54,263 bases of DNA from a virus (IMGVR_UViG_3300043414_000482:1-54263), one strand, 5' to 3'. Shown: positions 17,915-31,790, numbered from the stretch's first letter. A program made the numbers and translations. Notes: generated from the letters alone by a model not told the origin.

Positions 17915-19444
17915 ATGAGAGCCAAAGAATTCATCAGTGAGAGTAAAACTACATTGAATAATATGTACGGTGGACATTTTCCTGACCGTGATGAAGAATT
18001 TTGGGACTATGTTACTCCCCGTGAACTTGGACAAGCATTGACAGTTGAAACCATGCAGAAGCACAAAGTATTGATTATGTTACTCAGTCAATATCGTGCT
18101 GAACACATTGATGATATAACCGATATGCTTGATGACGACCAACAAGAAATTGTTCAATCATATGTTAATGATCCAGCACTATCAAGCAAAACAATAGTTG
18201 TTGCTAATAACAGAATCATTGACGGAAATCATCGTGCGTTAGCAGCAGCGATTAAGGGTGTGCCAATCAATTATGTTGATTTAGCAGAGTTAGATGAAGA
18301 ACCAATAGATGAATCTACTAACTTAAATGAAGAACTTAGAGTTGATGTACCCAATGAAGAATGGTTACAAGACGCAATTGAATATGCTAAAAGTAAAAGT
18401 CCCGATCGCAATGGTCTACCCTACATGGGAAAGACCACTGCCTCCGTTAGGAATGTTGATGTTCCACTAAGTATATTAAGACGAATACCGGGCATGCGGC
18501 AAGAGCAATCAAAAATACGACACCACGATCTTGCTGCTATTAGAAAAATAATGAGTACCACCGGTAAACTACCACTACATGGACATACTGGACAAGAATA
18601 TAAACCTTTTATTAATGTAGCATACGATGGCAGTGCTTGGGTCAATGAAGGTAATCATAGGATCATGGCCGCGGCTGAACTTGGATGGGAGTCATTACCA
18701 GTAGAGATTTCATATTTTGATGGCGGAGAAAGAATTAAAGATGGTGCTATGTATCCCGGACGTATTGGATTGGGAGAGCCACCTTTAGATGAAGCAGAAG
18801 TAGGTACAACAAATGCCAAAGCAATTGCTACTCAATTAAAAGCTGCCGGTTATTCAAATGTAGGCACAGGTGCTGATTCTACTGTATGGGCTAAAGATGA
18901 AAACTATATCATTAAGATATTGATGCCGGAAGATTTGGGTACTAAAGCAGAACAAGTATTTCGTAAGTTTTATGAATTTGCAATGTCACATCAAGATTTA
19001 GCTTGTATGCCAAGATTTAATGAAGTAAACACAATTGATATTAACGGCAAAGATTATACACAGATTGAGATGGAAAGATTATTGCCCATAGAAAAAGGCA
19101 CTTTCATGGAAGGTGTTATTTGGTTCTTTAGTGATTTTTGTCAAACACGAGAGTCATGGGATAAAGTAGACCATGCTATGGGATTATCAGATACTTGGGA
19201 ATGGTATCCGTATGCTAAGAGTTCAAAGTCTATTGCTAATGTTTATGTTAGACAATGGCAAGATTTAATGTATGATAAAAAATCATACTCCATGTACAGA
19301 GAATTATATAATGTAATGAAATTATTATATAATACAGGGACAATTAACAAATTCGGATGGGATTTGCATACGGCAAATGTCATGCAACGAAGTAACGGTC
19401 AACCAGTAATTATTGACCCGTGGTTTAGCGAAGGCACATCATAA
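17915..19444 (+). CDS. ParB/Srx-ParB/Srx-protein-kinase-like multidomain protein
   Basis: IIDGNHR and NEGNHR motifs, then GTGADSTV, IIKI, DLHTANVM and IIDP kinase motifs. Confidence 0.75.
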   Translation: MRAKEFISESKTTLNNMYGGHFPDRDEEFWDYVTPRELGQALTVETMQKHKVLIMLLSQYRAEHIDDITDMLDDDQQEIVQSYVNDPALSSKTIVVANNRIIDGNHRALAAAIKGVPINYVDLAELDEEPIDESTNLNEELRVDVPNEEWLQDAIEYAKSKSPDRNGLPYMGKTTASVRNVDVPLSILRRIPGMRQEQSKIRHHDLAAIRKIMSTTGKLPLHGHTGQEYKPFINVAYDGSAWVNEGNHRIMAAAELGWESLPVEISYFDGGERIKDGAMYPGRIGLGEPPLDEAEVGTTNAKAIATQLKAAGYSNVGTGADSTVWAKDENYIIKILMPEDLGTKAEQVFRKFYEFAMSHQDLACMPRFNEVNTIDINGKDYTQIEMERLLPIEKGTFMEGVIWFFSDFCQTRESWDKVDHAMGLSDTWEWYPYAKSSKSIANVYVRQWQDLMYDKKSYSMYRELYNVMKLLYNTGTINKFGWDLHTANVMQRSNGQPVIIDPWFSEGTS

Positions 19445-19445
19445 T

Positions 19446-19769
19446 ATGAGAGCCAATGAATTTATAGTTGAGCATGTAATTGGCAAACTACATATTGATC
19501 CATTGACGATTGAGATTGACCAACATGCAATTGATAGAGCAGGTGATCGCATGATTAGGCCTGAATTCATTGATCAAATATTAAGGAAGTTACCAAAATT
19601 AGTACATATAATGGCCAATGTTAAAACAAATAAATTTTGGGTTTTTGATCCTAAATTTAATGTCAAAATTGGGTTAGCAAAAAGTGATACATTAAATTTA
19701 TATAGACTAAATACAGTAGTCAAGAATCCAACATATGATTCAGACGTACCTACGATAACATTAAAATGA
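19446..19769 (+). CDS. hypothetical protein (start MRANEF), possible BECR-fold RNase
   Basis: HAIDRAGDR resembles HAxxRxxxR motifs; function weakly supported. Confidence 0.6.
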   Translation: MRANEFIVEHVIGKLHIDPLTIEIDQHAIDRAGDRMIRPEFIDQILRKLPKLVHIMANVKTNKFWVFDPKFNVKIGLAKSDTLNLYRLNTVVKNPTYDSDVPTITLK

Positions 19770-20092
19770 TAACAGTAACTGAAACAGCACAAACAAAAAT
19801 AACAGACATTTTAGCAGAGGAAAATAATCCTTCATTAAAACTGCGAATGTATGTTCAAGGTGGAGGATGCTCAGGAATGAGTTATGGTTTCACTTTAGAT
19901 GAAGAACAAAATGAAGATGATTTTGAAATTCCTATAATTTCGACTAGTGTATTAATTGACGCAATGTCAATGCAATACGTTTCCGGGGCAACAATTGACT
20001 ATAAAGATGACTTATCCGGCAGTCAATTTGTCATAAAAAACCCCAATGCACAGACAACTTGCGGGTGCGGGAGTAGCTTTAGTCCTGGGTAA
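19766..20092 (+). CDS. erpA: Fe-S cluster insertion protein (ErpA/IscA, HesB family)
   Basis: GGGCSG...[14 protein letters not shown]. Confidence 0.92.
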   Translation: MITVTETAQTKITDILAEENNPSLKLRMYVQGGGCSGMSYGFTLDEEQNEDDFEIPIISTSVLIDAMSMQYVSGATIDYKDDLSGSQFVIKNPNAQTTCGCGSSFSPG

Positions 20093-20113
20093 ATGACGAT
20101 TTAGTCCTTATTG

Positions 20114-20120
20114 ATAAATA
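20114..20120 (+). promoter_or_regulatory. T4-like late promoter
   Basis: ATAAATA upstream of structural operon; the same motif precedes many late-type genes. Confidence 0.65.
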
Positions 20121-20138
20121 CATAATAAGGATTAAATC

Positions 20139-21203
20139 ATGGCAATTTCAGGACAACAGAATATATTAGTAGGGGCACCAAATGAATCAGCGGGTAGTGA
20201 TTCATTATTAGATGCTTTTACCAAAACAGTAACTAATTTTAATATATTATTTGGGAATGCTAGCCCCAATCTGACATTTGCCGGTGGAAACGGTATTAAC
20301 GCAAATGCCGATTCTAATACAATCACAATTACAAATACCGGGGTAACATATTTAAAAGCCGGCACTGGAATTATTTTAGACGGAAATACCGGTAACATTA
20401 CTATTAGTTCAACCGGCGGTGGCAACGGTGCGGGCGGCACAGTTACTAGCGTCGGATTAGTACCTCTTTCTAATTCAATTGTAGTAACAGGTAGCCCTGT
20501 CACCAGTAACGGCAATATATCAATAAACTTAGCAAACACTGGTGTAACCGCAGCAACATATACTAACCCAACTGTAACAGTTGATACGTACGGCAGAGTA
20601 ACAAGTATTGCTAACAACACAGTAGCAGGAACAGTTACTAGTGTGGGATTGATTGTTTCAGGTACTGGTTTACAAGTATCAGGAAGCCCAGTTACTGGTG
20701 CCAGCGATATCACTATTACTAACACCGGAGTCACTAGATTAAATGCTGGTACAGGTATCGTACTAAGCGGATCAACAGGTAATATTACTGTTGCAGCAGC
20801 AACCGCCGGCGGAACAGTTACTAGTGTTGGTGTATCAAGTAATACATTAACTATCACAAATCCAACAGTAACAACAACCGGTACTATCAATATTGAATCC
20901 CCAATTGGTAATAGCAGCGAGAATTTAGCTAATGGTGCAGCAGCAAACTTAAGTGTCACTGCAAGTTCCTTCTTTACTACAGGCGCAAGTACAGCAACAT
21001 TAGCTGCCGGAACTGCGGGTCTAATCAAAACGTTTATGATGGTAGCAGACGGCGGCGACATGGTTATCACAGTAAGTAATGCAGGTTGGAAAGCATCAGG
21101 CACAGGAACAATAACATTTAACGACATTGGTGACGGATGCACATTGCAATATATTAATAGTAAATGGTTTTGCATAGGTCAAAATGGGGTAACATTCGGA
21201 TAA
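20139..21203 (+). CDS. tail-fibre-like structural protein
   Basis: repeated GTVTSVG and ITNTGVT units. Confidence 0.75.
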   Translation: MAISGQQNILVGAPNESAGSDSLLDAFTKTVTNFNILFGNASPNLTFAGGNGINANADSNTITITNTGVTYLKAGTGIILDGNTGNITISSTGGGNGAGGTVTSVGLVPLSNSIVVTGSPVTSNGNISINLANTGVTAATYTNPTVTVDTYGRVTSIANNTVAGTVTSVGLIVSGTGLQVSGSPVTGASDITITNTGVTRLNAGTGIVLSGSTGNITVAAATAGGTVTSVGVSSNTLTITNPTVTTTGTINIESPIGNSSENLANGAAANLSVTASSFFTTGASTATLAAGTAGLIKTFMMVADGGDMVITVSNAGWKASGTGTITFNDIGDGCTLQYINSKWFCIGQNGVTFG

Positions 21204-21225
21204 AAATAATAATAAGGAATAGTAA

Positions 21226-22842
<1,617 letters not shown>

Positions 22843-22868
22843 CAGTTAAATAGATAGGATTAAACATA

Positions 22869-25800
22869 ATGTCAGTATTAAAATATTGGGACACAGGAAC
22901 ATCATCATGGCAAGTTGCTATTGTAGGCACACAGGGTGCCACTGGGGCACAAGGTGCATCAGGGCCTGCGGGTACCAGCGTTACTATTATCGGAAGTGTA
23001 GCTAATGCATATGTAAATCCTCCAAACAATCCACAGACAACAATAAACGCAGCATACCCTAGCGCAAGTAACGGCGATGGGGTGTTAGATCAAACAACAG
23101 GCGATCTTTGGGTCAAATCTAGTGGTGTATGGAATGATGTAGGTAATATACAAGGGCCACCTGGTACAACAGGTGCAACTGGACTAGCAGGTACTAATGG
23201 TTCAACAGGTGCTACAGGTGCCACTGGCTATATTGGTTCAACGGGTGCTACGGGTGCGACCGGCGCAACAGGTGCAACCGGATATATAGGAAGTACAGGT
23301 GCGACAGGCGCAACAGGTACAATAGGTAGTACTGGCGCGACTGGCGCAACGGGATATATAGGAACAACTGGTGCAACAGGTGCTACAGGTGTACAAGGAA
23401 CTACCGGCGCAACAGGTGCAACCGGATATATAGGAAGTACAGGTGCGACAGGCGCAACAGGTGCAACCGGATATATTGGATCAACAGGCGCGACGGGATA
23501 TATCGGATCAACAGGGGCAAGTGGTGCTAATGGCGCAACGGGTGCAAGTGGTGCAAGTGGTGCAAGTGGTGCAACTGGTCCAGCTGGAGCCACAGGCGCT
23601 GGCGCAACAGGTGCTTCAGGTGCTAATGGCGCAGACGGAGCGACAGGTGCTTCAGGTGCTAATGGAGCAGATGGCGCAACAGGTGCTTCAGGTGCTAATG
23701 GCGCAGACGGAGCGACAGGTGCTTCAGGTGCTAATGGAGCAGATGGCGCAACAGGTGCTTCAGGTGCTAATGGCGCAGACGGAGCAACAGGTGCTTCAGG
23801 TGCTAATGGAGCAGACGGAGCGACAGGTGCTTCAGGTGCTAATGGCGCAGACGGAGCGACAGGTGCAAGTGGTGCTAATGGCGCAGATGGCGCAACTGGT
23901 GCTACCGGCCCAACTGGTAATACTGGTGCTACTGGTTCAGGCACTGGCACTGCTAATAAGATTTACAATGGCACTAGTTATGCTAATATCGCTTCATCAA
24001 ATGGTAATCTACAAATTGGTGTTAATAACAATACATGGAACTTTGGCACTGATGGTAATCTAACATTGCCATACAATGCTAAAGTAGCATTATCACAATC
24101 TCCTACAGATGCAGGTGCTTTAGCATTTGCTGGTGAGGGTATTAGTTCTCTAAGTATACCATCAAGTACTGATTGGGCGATGGGTACAACATGGACAATA
24201 GAGTTCTGGAGCAAGGCTACTAATGCATCTGGTAGCGGTCCAAGTACTGTTATGAGTCAAGCTATTGGTGGTGGTGCTATTGATATACATTATCTAAATG
24301 GTAATTTAACAGTAAACAACAATAGAATACTTTGTGCTGAACCTACTCCAGGAGTATGGACACATGTTGCGTTGGTTAGTAGTGCAAGCACCGGCTTATC
24401 AGTCTATTATAACGGAACTGGTGTATACAACAGTACAGCATATGATCTTGTATCTAGTCTTGCATTAGTAATTGGTAAACGGGCACAGAACAATTTTCAA
24501 TATTTCTTAGGTAGTTTGGCTGATATAAGAATCACTAGTGGCATAGCAGTATACACTGGCACCTTCACAGTTCCTACTAGTGTATTAACTGTTACACAAT
24601 CAGCAGGAACTAATATTGCTGCTATCCCAACTACTGCAAGTGTGTTATTACTAATGGGCATGTTAAGTAGTAGTACTGCATTTAATGATAGTAGTTCATA
24701 CAATAGAACAATTACTAATAGTAGCACAACATTTACTGGTAGTGGACCTGGATTAGTTGGTGGTATCGGTGCTGGCATCACACTTGAATCATATACTGCT
24801 AATGGTATTGCTTATGATTGGACATTTGGCACAGATGGCAATCTAACATTACCTTATAATGCTAAAGTTGCAGTAACTAAATCTACAACAGATTCAGGTG
24901 CGTTATCATTCAATGGTAGTAGTAATTATCTAACTGTACCGGCAAGTAGTAATTGGGCTATGGGCACAACATGGACTATAGAATTCTGGGTTAACGCTAC
25001 TGCTTCTTCAGTTGGTGTAGGACCATGGAGAGTAATAGATCAAGTAAATGTTTCGGGAACGACTCCTATGGCAATTGCTATAAGCAACGGATTCCTTTCA
25101 TATAAAGTAACTGAGAGTAATGATGTATTTTATAATGAACCTACAGCAGGCGTGTGGACTCATGTAGCAATTGTTAATAATAATACTAGCTATCAACAAA
25201 TATACTATAACGGTGTTCTTCAAACTAGTGTCACTGGATATCCTGGTGCTTCTGATCTAGGAAATACTAATTCTATTAGTATTGGAAAAATTGCTGGCAG
25301 TGGCAATTTTCAATACTTCCCTGGCAAGTTATCTGATATAAGAATCACTAGTGGGGTGGCAGTATATACAGGTGCGTTTACAGTTCCTACTAGTGTATTA
25401 ACAACTACACAACCAGCTGGCACTAACATTGCTGCTATCACAAGTTCAACTAGCGTATTATTATTGATGGGAATGTTGAATAGCAGCACAGCATTCAATG
25501 ATAGTAGTTCATATAATAGAACTATTACTAATTTTAGTTCAACATTTACTAGTAGCGGACCTGGATTGGTTGGTGGTATTGGTGGTAGCATCACACTTGA
25601 ATCAGTGAGTGCCAATGGTACTACTTATGATTGGCAATTTGGTGTAGATGGTGGAACAATATTCCCAACATTGACAGTTCAGCGTGGTGATGATCCTAGT
25701 AGAACAATCACAGGTCAAACATTGTTGTTTGGTGATAATACACAAGAAGCCATTATTTCAACACCGGATGGTGATGCTAATGTCAATGCAAGTTCACAAC

Positions 25801-27686
25801 GCTTAGTAATCAATCCTGGTCAAGGCTTTGACGGAGGTGAAGGTGGTGACATTTATCTATGGGCTGGTCGCGGCGGCAATGCCAGCGGTTCAGGTGGTGA
25901 CATTAAGATTCGCGGTGGTCAAGGTGGTGCTAATACCTCAGGTGGCACAGGCGGTGACGGTGGTTATATCCGTATTGAAGCAGGTGATGCTACCGGAACT
26001 GGTGGTCCAGGATTTATTGAAATCACCGGTGGTGTTAGTAATAATGTAGGTGGACTTGTTACTATTACAGGCGGACGAGGTAATGTCACTGGCGGTATCG
26101 CAAAGATTTACGGTGGATATGGTAATGCAACAGGTGGTAATGTTGACATCTGGGGCGGTGGTTCAGGAAACGGTCAAATAAACGAAGGTAATGTTAACAT
26201 TGAAACCGGTGGCAAGACTTGGACATTTGATCCTTCAGGGAACTTAGCAATACCGGGTAACATTGTAGGTCCAGCAAGTGCTAACTTAACTATCTATGCT
26301 AATGCAGGTGTACATGAGTTTACATTTGGTGATGATGGAACATTCTATGCACCAGACAATGTTGTATTAGGTGGAACAAGTATAGCAATTGGTCCTGGTG
26401 CTAACGCACTAACTGGATTTGCAGATGCTGTATTAGTAGCAAGTAGCAATAGTGATGCATACATTCAAGGTGTCATCACTAATGTTTCAGACATAGGTAG
26501 TTCTGACTGGGTAGCATATGGGCATCATGGTACTGATGCTGGTGGTTGGGTAGACTTAGGCTTTACTAGTTCAGGATACAATGATCCTAACTTTACTATA
26601 ACTAAGCCAGGATCTGGTTATGTATTTGCACATGGATTTGATATTAATACTCAACCAGTAGTAGCCGGTGATGGTAGTTTAGTATTAGCGACTGGTGAAC
26701 AAGGTAATGTAAAAGATATTATATTTGCTACTGGTGGATTCTTAGAAGCAAATGAATTTGGTAGAATTAGTAATAGTAACAATGCATTAGAATTAACACG
26801 AGCCAACGCATCTATAGCGTTTAACGGTGGCACAGGTGGTAATATTAATTCAGCAGGGAATATTAAAGTTATATCAAATAGTAACACATGGACATTTGGT
26901 ACTAATGGTAACTTAACATTGCCAAAAAATAGTCAGGTTAGTGACGTAACTCCAGTTACTGGCGCAGCAGCAAGTATAGATGTAATATTAGCAGACTCTA
27001 GTATTTCTAATGTAGAATTTGTTACTGTGCCACCCCCACCGGTCAATAATTATACTATACCCGGTACTGATATTGTTGTTAACGTTACCTTTGTAGCTAA
27101 CGGCCCTAGTTATTACGCACCAAGATTTGCTGTAGTATACGGTGGCACAGGGCATACTCCTGGAGGTGAATTTGGAGGTGGTCAAGAATTAAATGTTCCT
27201 TATTCTGCTATGGGAATAACACGGTATGGCAACTGGACTTGGTATGTGGTTACTATTGCTAGTAATCTTGTATTAAACTCAGGACTTAATAGTTGGGCTT
27301 TTGGTGGAAATGGTAATCTATTAATACCCGGGGGCGGATCTATAAACACAATTGGTAATGGCACAGCAGGTATTACTGCTAATGCTACTAGTGGAAATTC
27401 TTATGTAGGATTGGATGATAATTCTAGTACTACTACAGTATTCGGTAATGTAGGTGTGCAAATTGGTACTAATGTTTCTACTTCTTGGAACTTCTATGCT
27501 AGTGGTGCCACATCCAATCCAGTAATACTATATGCTAGCTTACCGGCACCAACTACTCCTGGATTAAGAGCGTTCATCAGTGATTCAAACTTAGCACCAG
27601 GTGGTAATTTTGGTGCTGAAATCAGTGGTGGCGGCGGAAATTATGTACCAGTCTTTAGTGACGGTGCTAATTGGTGCATAGGATAA
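22869..27686 (+). CDS. collagen-like fibre with two LamG/ConA domains and a Gly-rich region
   Basis: GAT repeats; duplicated WTIEFW...WTHVA...DIRITSG module; [12 protein letters not shown] linkers. Confidence 0.85.
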   Translation: MSVLKYWDTGTSSWQVAIVGTQGATGAQGASGPAGTSVTIIGSVANAYVNPPNNPQTTINAAYPSASNGDGVLDQTTGDLWVKSSGVWNDVGNIQGPPGTTGATGLAGTNGSTGATGATGYIGSTGATGATGATGATGYIGSTGATGATGTIGSTGATGATGYIGTTGATGATGVQGTTGATGATGYIGSTGATGATGATGYIGSTGATGYIGSTGASGANGATGASGASGASGATGPAGATGAGATGASGANGADGATGASGANGADGATGASGANGADGATGASGANGADGATGASGANGADGATGASGANGADGATGASGANGADGATGASGANGADGATGATGPTGNTGATGSGTGTANKIYNGTSYANIASSNGNLQIGVNNNTWNFGTDGNLTLPYNAKVALSQSPTDAGALAFAGEGISSLSIPSSTDWAMGTTWTIEFWSKATNASGSGPSTVMSQAIGGGAIDIHYLNGNLTVNNNRILCAEPTPGVWTHVALVSSASTGLSVYYNGTGVYNSTAYDLVSSLALVIGKRAQNNFQYFLGSLADIRITSGIAVYTGTFTVPTSVLTVTQSAGTNIAAIPTTASVLLLMGMLSSSTAFNDSSSYNRTITNSSTTFTGSGPGLVGGIGAGITLESYTANGIAYDWTFGTDGNLTLPYNAKVAVTKSTTDSGALSFNGSSNYLTVPASSNWAMGTTWTIEFWVNATASSVGVGPWRVIDQVNVSGTTPMAIAISNGFLSYKVTESNDVFYNEPTAGVWTHVAIVNNNTSYQQIYYNGVLQTSVTGYPGASDLGNTNSISIGKIAGSGNFQYFPGKLSDIRITSGVAVYTGAFTVPTSVLTTTQPAGTNIAAITSSTSVLLLMGMLNSSTAFNDSSSYNRTITNFSSTFTSSGPGLVGGIGGSITLESVSANGTTYDWQFGVDGGTIFPTLTVQRGDDPSRTITGQTLLFGDNTQEAIISTPDGDANVNASSQRLVINPGQGFDGGEGGDIYLWAGRGGNASGSGGDIKIRGGQGGANTSGGTGGDGGYIRIEAGDATGTGGPGFIEITGGVSNNVGGLVTITGGRGNVTGGIAKIYGGYGNATGGNVDIWGGGSGNGQINEGNVNIETGGKTWTFDPSGNLAIPGNIVGPASANLTIYANAGVHEFTFGDDGTFYAPDNVVLGGTSIAIGPGANALTGFADAVLVASSNSDAYIQGVITNVSDIGSSDWVAYGHHGTDAGGWVDLGFTSSGYNDPNFTITKPGSGYVFAHGFDINTQPVVAGDGSLVLATGEQGNVKDIIFATGGFLEANEFGRISNSNNALELTRANASIAFNGGTGGNINSAGNIKVISNSNTWTFGTNGNLTLPKNSQVSDVTPVTGAAASIDVILADSSISNVEFVTVPPPPVNNYTIPGTDIVVNVTFVANGPSYYAPRFAVVYGGTGHTPGGEFGGGQELNVPYSAMGITRYGNWTWYVVTIASNLVLNSGLNSWAFGGNGNLLIPGGGSINTIGNGTAGITANATSGNSYVGLDDNSSTTTVFGNVGVQIGTNVSTSWNFYASGATSNPVILYASLPAPTTPGLRAFISDSNLAPGGNFGAEISGGGGNYVPVFSDGANWCIG
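23610..23897 (+). repeat. 8 x 36-bp tandem repeat encoding [12 protein letters not shown]
   Basis: ggtgcttcaggtgctaatggcgcagacggagcgaca units with synonymous variation. Confidence 0.9.
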
Positions 27687-27687
27687 T

Positions 27688-28524
27688 ATGAAACAATACC
27701 CAAGTACAATAATTGATATAGAACAAGACCCTGGATTACATCGTAGACCACTTGTTCAAAAAATAACAAAGCCACTATTTACTATTCCCAAATATCATTG
27801 GGTTAAAGATAAAGTAGATACAAGAGATCATCCATATCAACTAACTAATACAGAACAATCTAACATTGTAGACTTAAGACAATATTGCTCATTGATTGAG
27901 AATCAAGGTAACCTGGGTAGCTGTACTGGCAACGCAATCGCAGGTGCGATAGAATTACTACACAAAAGACAAAATAGGACACTTGACATAAGCCGCTTGT
28001 TTATCTACTATTACGAAAGATTGTTTATAGGCACAGTGAATTATGATAGTGGTGCATACATACGTGATGGTATCAAAGCATGTTACACATATGGTGCACC
28101 AACTGAAAACTTATGGCCATACAATATTAGTAAGTTTAGAACTGTTCCAACCAAAGCTGCATTACTTGATGCAGCAAAAAGAAAAGTTACATCATATCAA
28201 AGAGCAATAGATTTTAACGCAGTAATAGATGCTATCACTAGTGGATATCCAGTGACAGTTGGATTCAGTGTATACTCAAGTTTTGATACTAATATAGTAG
28301 CAAGAACAGGTATAATGTCATATCCTAATACTAAGAAAGAAAAATTATTAGGTGGACATGCTGTTTTAATTGTTGGATATAATAAAAATAACGATACATT
28401 CATAGTAAGAAACAGTTGGGGCAAGTATTGGGGCGACAATGGTTACTTCTATATGCCCTTTCAAGTAATAAAAAACAATACAATGAGTGGTGATTTTTGG
28501 GTTATAAAATCAATAAGCACGTAA
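27688..28524 (+). CDS. papain-like cysteine peptidase (C1A)
   Basis: QGNLGSCTGNA, GGHA and RNSWG motifs. Confidence 0.92.
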   Translation: MKQYPSTIIDIEQDPGLHRRPLVQKITKPLFTIPKYHWVKDKVDTRDHPYQLTNTEQSNIVDLRQYCSLIENQGNLGSCTGNAIAGAIELLHKRQNRTLDISRLFIYYYERLFIGTVNYDSGAYIRDGIKACYTYGAPTENLWPYNISKFRTVPTKAALLDAAKRKVTSYQRAIDFNAVIDAITSGYPVTVGFSVYSSFDTNIVARTGIMSYPNTKKEKLLGGHAVLIVGYNKNNDTFIVRNSWGKYWGDNGYFYMPFQVIKNNTMSGDFWVIKSIST

Positions 28525-28559
28525 AAAGATAAATATATAGATATAAAAGGAATAAAAAT

Positions 28560-29288
28560 ATGTCAGCACCATTTTCAATAGGACCAGGAATAACCATAGG
28601 CGAAGGTATCAAATTAGGGGCCGAAGTCTCATTAGTTCTTAATCTTGACGCAGCCAACTATAGTGCTATGCCAGTTGATGGTAGTACTGTAGCTGGAACA
28701 GGACTTTACACTATAACAACACTAAACCCCGGTGGCAGTATGAGTTGGAACCCAGCAGACGGCGGTATATTCCGCAAGACCGCACCTACCGACACAGATT
28801 TCTTGACATTCGGACCAGATTACTCAGCAACAACAGCGCCATATACTGTAATGATGGTGTATAGACAACAACCAGCAACCGGCGGTAGATTATTAAACGC
28901 CAACAGCGCCAGTCCAGATTGGTTAGCCGGCCTATGGGACAATTCCGGTCTCCTACAAAATGTTTTTTTTAACGGTGCCTTTGTAGGCTCACCTACGCCA
29001 GCCGATGGTGCTTGGCAATTTATATGGTGTACATACAATGGCAACCCCGGGTCACCAACATCTCAAAACTATGTGGCTAATTCAACTGTACCGACAACCG
29101 CTTATGGTACTGAGACTTCAACCGGTGGATTTGAAAACTTAAGATTGTTTGGTAGATATCTAAATGCTACTACTAGTTCAGAAGTAGGTACTGCTGATGT
29201 GGGTTTGGTTAAAGTATGGAACGATGTATTAACCTTGTCACAGATACAGACTCAGTGGTTAACTTATAAGACAAGATTTGGATATTAA
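28560..29288 (+). CDS. LamG/ConA-like virion protein
   Basis: IGPGITIG leader, LVLNLDAA and VKVWNDVL motifs; ATAAATA at 28529-28535. Confidence 0.7.
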   Translation: MSAPFSIGPGITIGEGIKLGAEVSLVLNLDAANYSAMPVDGSTVAGTGLYTITTLNPGGSMSWNPADGGIFRKTAPTDTDFLTFGPDYSATTAPYTVMMVYRQQPATGGRLLNANSASPDWLAGLWDNSGLLQNVFFNGAFVGSPTPADGAWQFIWCTYNGNPGSPTSQNYVANSTVPTTAYGTETSTGGFENLRLFGRYLNATTSSEVGTADVGLVKVWNDVLTLSQIQTQWLTYKTRFGY

Positions 29289-29307
29289 AATTTAAAGGAA
29301 CAACATT

Positions 29308-30066
29308 ATGGTAGCACCATTAACAATAGGACCAGGAATAGACATAGGCGGCGGAATTACATTTGGTGTAGTGCCAATCGTATCAACTAATTTACAATTA
29401 TACCTAGACGCGGCGGATACCGCTAGTTACTCTGGATCAGGTACTACTTGGTATGACCTAAGTGGCAATGGCAATAATGTTGCTATGCAGAATTCAGGTG
29501 ACATTTCGTATACCAACTCAGGTGGCGGATACTTTAGTACCGGCGCAACAGGCTACTTTAATAGAACCAGTGCTACTAATGTACCAACCGGAGCTACTCC
29601 ATACACAGTGAGTGCTTGGGTTCAATTTCCTTCAGGCTGGCCCGGCGGCTCAAACAATCATGTCATAGCACAAATAGGCAGTGTTCCTACTTACAATAAC
29701 TTGAATTCGTTTGCAGCAACACCGGGCGGATATTTGGCTGTTGGGTGGTTTAACCTTCCTGGTGACCCTGGTCCGCTAGAGAGCAATTCTTGGACACCCA
29801 GTAGCCCTACTACAAACTGGATGAATGTAGTGAGCCAGTGGAATGGTGCTACTCGTAACATTTGGTACAACGGTGTGCTACAGGCCACAGACTCAATAGG
29901 AACATATTTAGCCAACAATGCAGACATCTTGATTGGGTTAGATTTTCCTGGATTTGGAAGTTATCTAATTGGCAACATTGGCCAAGTTTTAATTTACAAT
30001 CGTGCCCTTAACTCAAATGAGATAAATCAAAACTTTATTGCAGTAAAAGCAAGATACGGACTATAA
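29308..30066 (+). CDS. LamG/ConA-like virion protein
   Basis: LQLYLDAA...WYDLSGNGN...IYNRALN. Confidence 0.8.
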   Translation: MVAPLTIGPGIDIGGGITFGVVPIVSTNLQLYLDAADTASYSGSGTTWYDLSGNGNNVAMQNSGDISYTNSGGGYFSTGATGYFNRTSATNVPTGATPYTVSAWVQFPSGWPGGSNNHVIAQIGSVPTYNNLNSFAATPGGYLAVGWFNLPGDPGPLESNSWTPSSPTTNWMNVVSQWNGATRNIWYNGVLQATDSIGTYLANNADILIGLDFPGFGSYLIGNIGQVLIYNRALNSNEINQNFIAVKARYGL

Positions 30067-30105
30067 TTATTTTTTGGCAACACAAGGCCTAGTCTAAATA
30101 TCTCT

Positions 30106-31224
30106 ATGAGATTCCATATTCTAGGCCTGCCGCACACGGTAACAAGTAAAGAATACAACGCTTGCGCCTATACACAAAAAGTTGTAAAATTTGGTAAGAT
30201 GATGAAAGCCCGTGGGCATACAATCATTCATTATGGACATGAAGATAGCGATTTAGTTTGCGATGAACATGTAACCGTAATCACAAATGAAGATTGGAAA
30301 ATTGCGTACGGCGATTATGATTGGCGTAAAAACTTTTTCAAGTTCAGCACAGACGACCATGCTTATCAAACATTCTATGCTAATGCTATTAGAGAAGTCG
30401 GTAAACGCAAACAAAAGAATGACTTCATATTACCCTTCTGGGGGTCAGGTGTAAGACCAATCTGTGATGCACATCCAGATATGATTACAGTAGAACCCGG
30501 CATCGGTTATGCTGGTGGACATTGGGCACGATGGAAAATATTTGAATCATACGCTATCTATCATGCATACTATGGACTAGATGCTGTTGGTACATGTAAA
30601 CAAGATTGGTATGATGCTGTTATTCCAAACTACTTTGACCCAGATGACTTTGAATTCAAAGAACAAAAACAAGATTACTTCTTGTTCTTAGGACGAGTAT
30701 ACAATGGTAAAGGTATTCAAGTAGCAATACAAGCAACAGAAGCGATTGGTGCTAAACTTATCATTGCAGGACAGAATCCAGAGAACTTAACATTCCCTCC
30801 TCACGTAGAGTTTGCAGGTTATGCTGATGTAGCTAAACGCAAAGAACTTATGAGTAACGCTAAAGGTGCATTCGTTCCAAGTATGTACATCGAACCATTC
30901 GGCGGTGTACAGATTGAGTTACTATTAAGTGGCACTCCTACAATCACAACTGACTGGGGTAGCTTCACAGAGAATAATGTTCACGGATACACAGGATATC
31001 GTTGTCATACATTTGATCAGTTTGTATGGGCAGCAAAAAACATACATACAATTGATCCAAAAAATTGCAGAAAGTTTGCAGAGAACTTTACACTAGAACG
31101 TGTTGCACCCATGTATGAAGAATACTTTCAAATGGTTTTAGATGTGCATGAGGGCAAGGGCTGGTATCAAATGCATGAGGATAGAACAAATATGAATTGG
31201 CTAAAGAAAGACTTACCAACATGA
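30106..31224 (+). CDS. GT-B (family 4-like) glycosyltransferase
   Basis: FLGRV...KG...EPFGGVQIE; CTAAATA at 30094-30100. Confidence 0.88.
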   Translation: MRFHILGLPHTVTSKEYNACAYTQKVVKFGKMMKARGHTIIHYGHEDSDLVCDEHVTVITNEDWKIAYGDYDWRKNFFKFSTDDHAYQTFYANAIREVGKRKQKNDFILPFWGSGVRPICDAHPDMITVEPGIGYAGGHWARWKIFESYAIYHAYYGLDAVGTCKQDWYDAVIPNYFDPDDFEFKEQKQDYFLFLGRVYNGKGIQVAIQATEAIGAKLIIAGQNPENLTFPPHVEFAGYADVAKRKELMSNAKGAFVPSMYIEPFGGVQIELLLSGTPTITTDWGSFTENNVHGYTGYRCHTFDQFVWAAKNIHTIDPKNCRKFAENFTLERVAPMYEEYFQMVLDVHEGKGWYQMHEDRTNMNWLKKDLPT

Positions 31225-31790
31225 GCGACCATCATGACGACCACAAATTTGAAATAGAGTATTGGGGTAACTGCGCTAATACTTTTGATGAGGATCAGAA
31301 GCATTATGTCTATGCTAAGTTTATGGAAATACCACGCATGGGTTATTCGTTTGATGCACAAAACAAACGCATACTTGATATAGGTGGTGGTCCAAGTTCT
31401 ATGCTTCTTAAGTGTAAGAATCTTAAAGAAGGCAAAGTCTGTGATCCAATTGATTATCCTGAATGGACTAAATTACGTTATGCTGGACATAATATTAGCG
31501 TCAATGTACAGCCCGGTGAACTAGTAGATGAAGAAGGATATGATGAAGTTTGGATTTACAATTGCTTACAGCATGTTGAAAGTGTAGAACGAATTATTAA
31601 CAATGCTAAACGTGCAGCACCTGTACTTAGAATATTTGAATGGATTGATATTCCAGCACATGACGGACATCCCTTTGAACTAACAAAAGATATGCTAGAC
31701 GGTATCATTGCATTGCCGGGCTCAGGCACAGTAACATTACGTGAATCAGGATGTTACGGTAAAGCATACTATGGCGTATTTAAACAATGA
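31221..31790 (+). CDS. class I SAM-dependent methyltransferase
   Basis: ILDIGGG...[12 protein letters not shown]. Confidence 0.78.
   Translation: MSDHHDDHKFEIEYWGNCANTFDEDQKHYVYAKFMEIPRMGYSFDAQNKRILDIGGGPSSMLLKCKNLKEGKVCDPIDYPEWTKLRYAGHNISVNVQPGELVDEEGYDEVWIYNCLQHVESVERIINNAKRAAPVLRIFEWIDIPAHDGHPFELTKDMLDGIIALPGSGTVTLRESGCYGKAYYGVFKQ

Noticed and set aside
23610-23897. 36-bp repeats as a CRISPR array
   Set aside because: Head-to-tail with no spacers, in frame, and varying only at synonymous positions: collagen coding repeat.
24000-25640. Diversity-generating retroelement TR/VR pair
   Set aside because: Both copies are in-frame coding domains, the differences do not appear adenine-specific, and there is no reverse transcriptase in the window.
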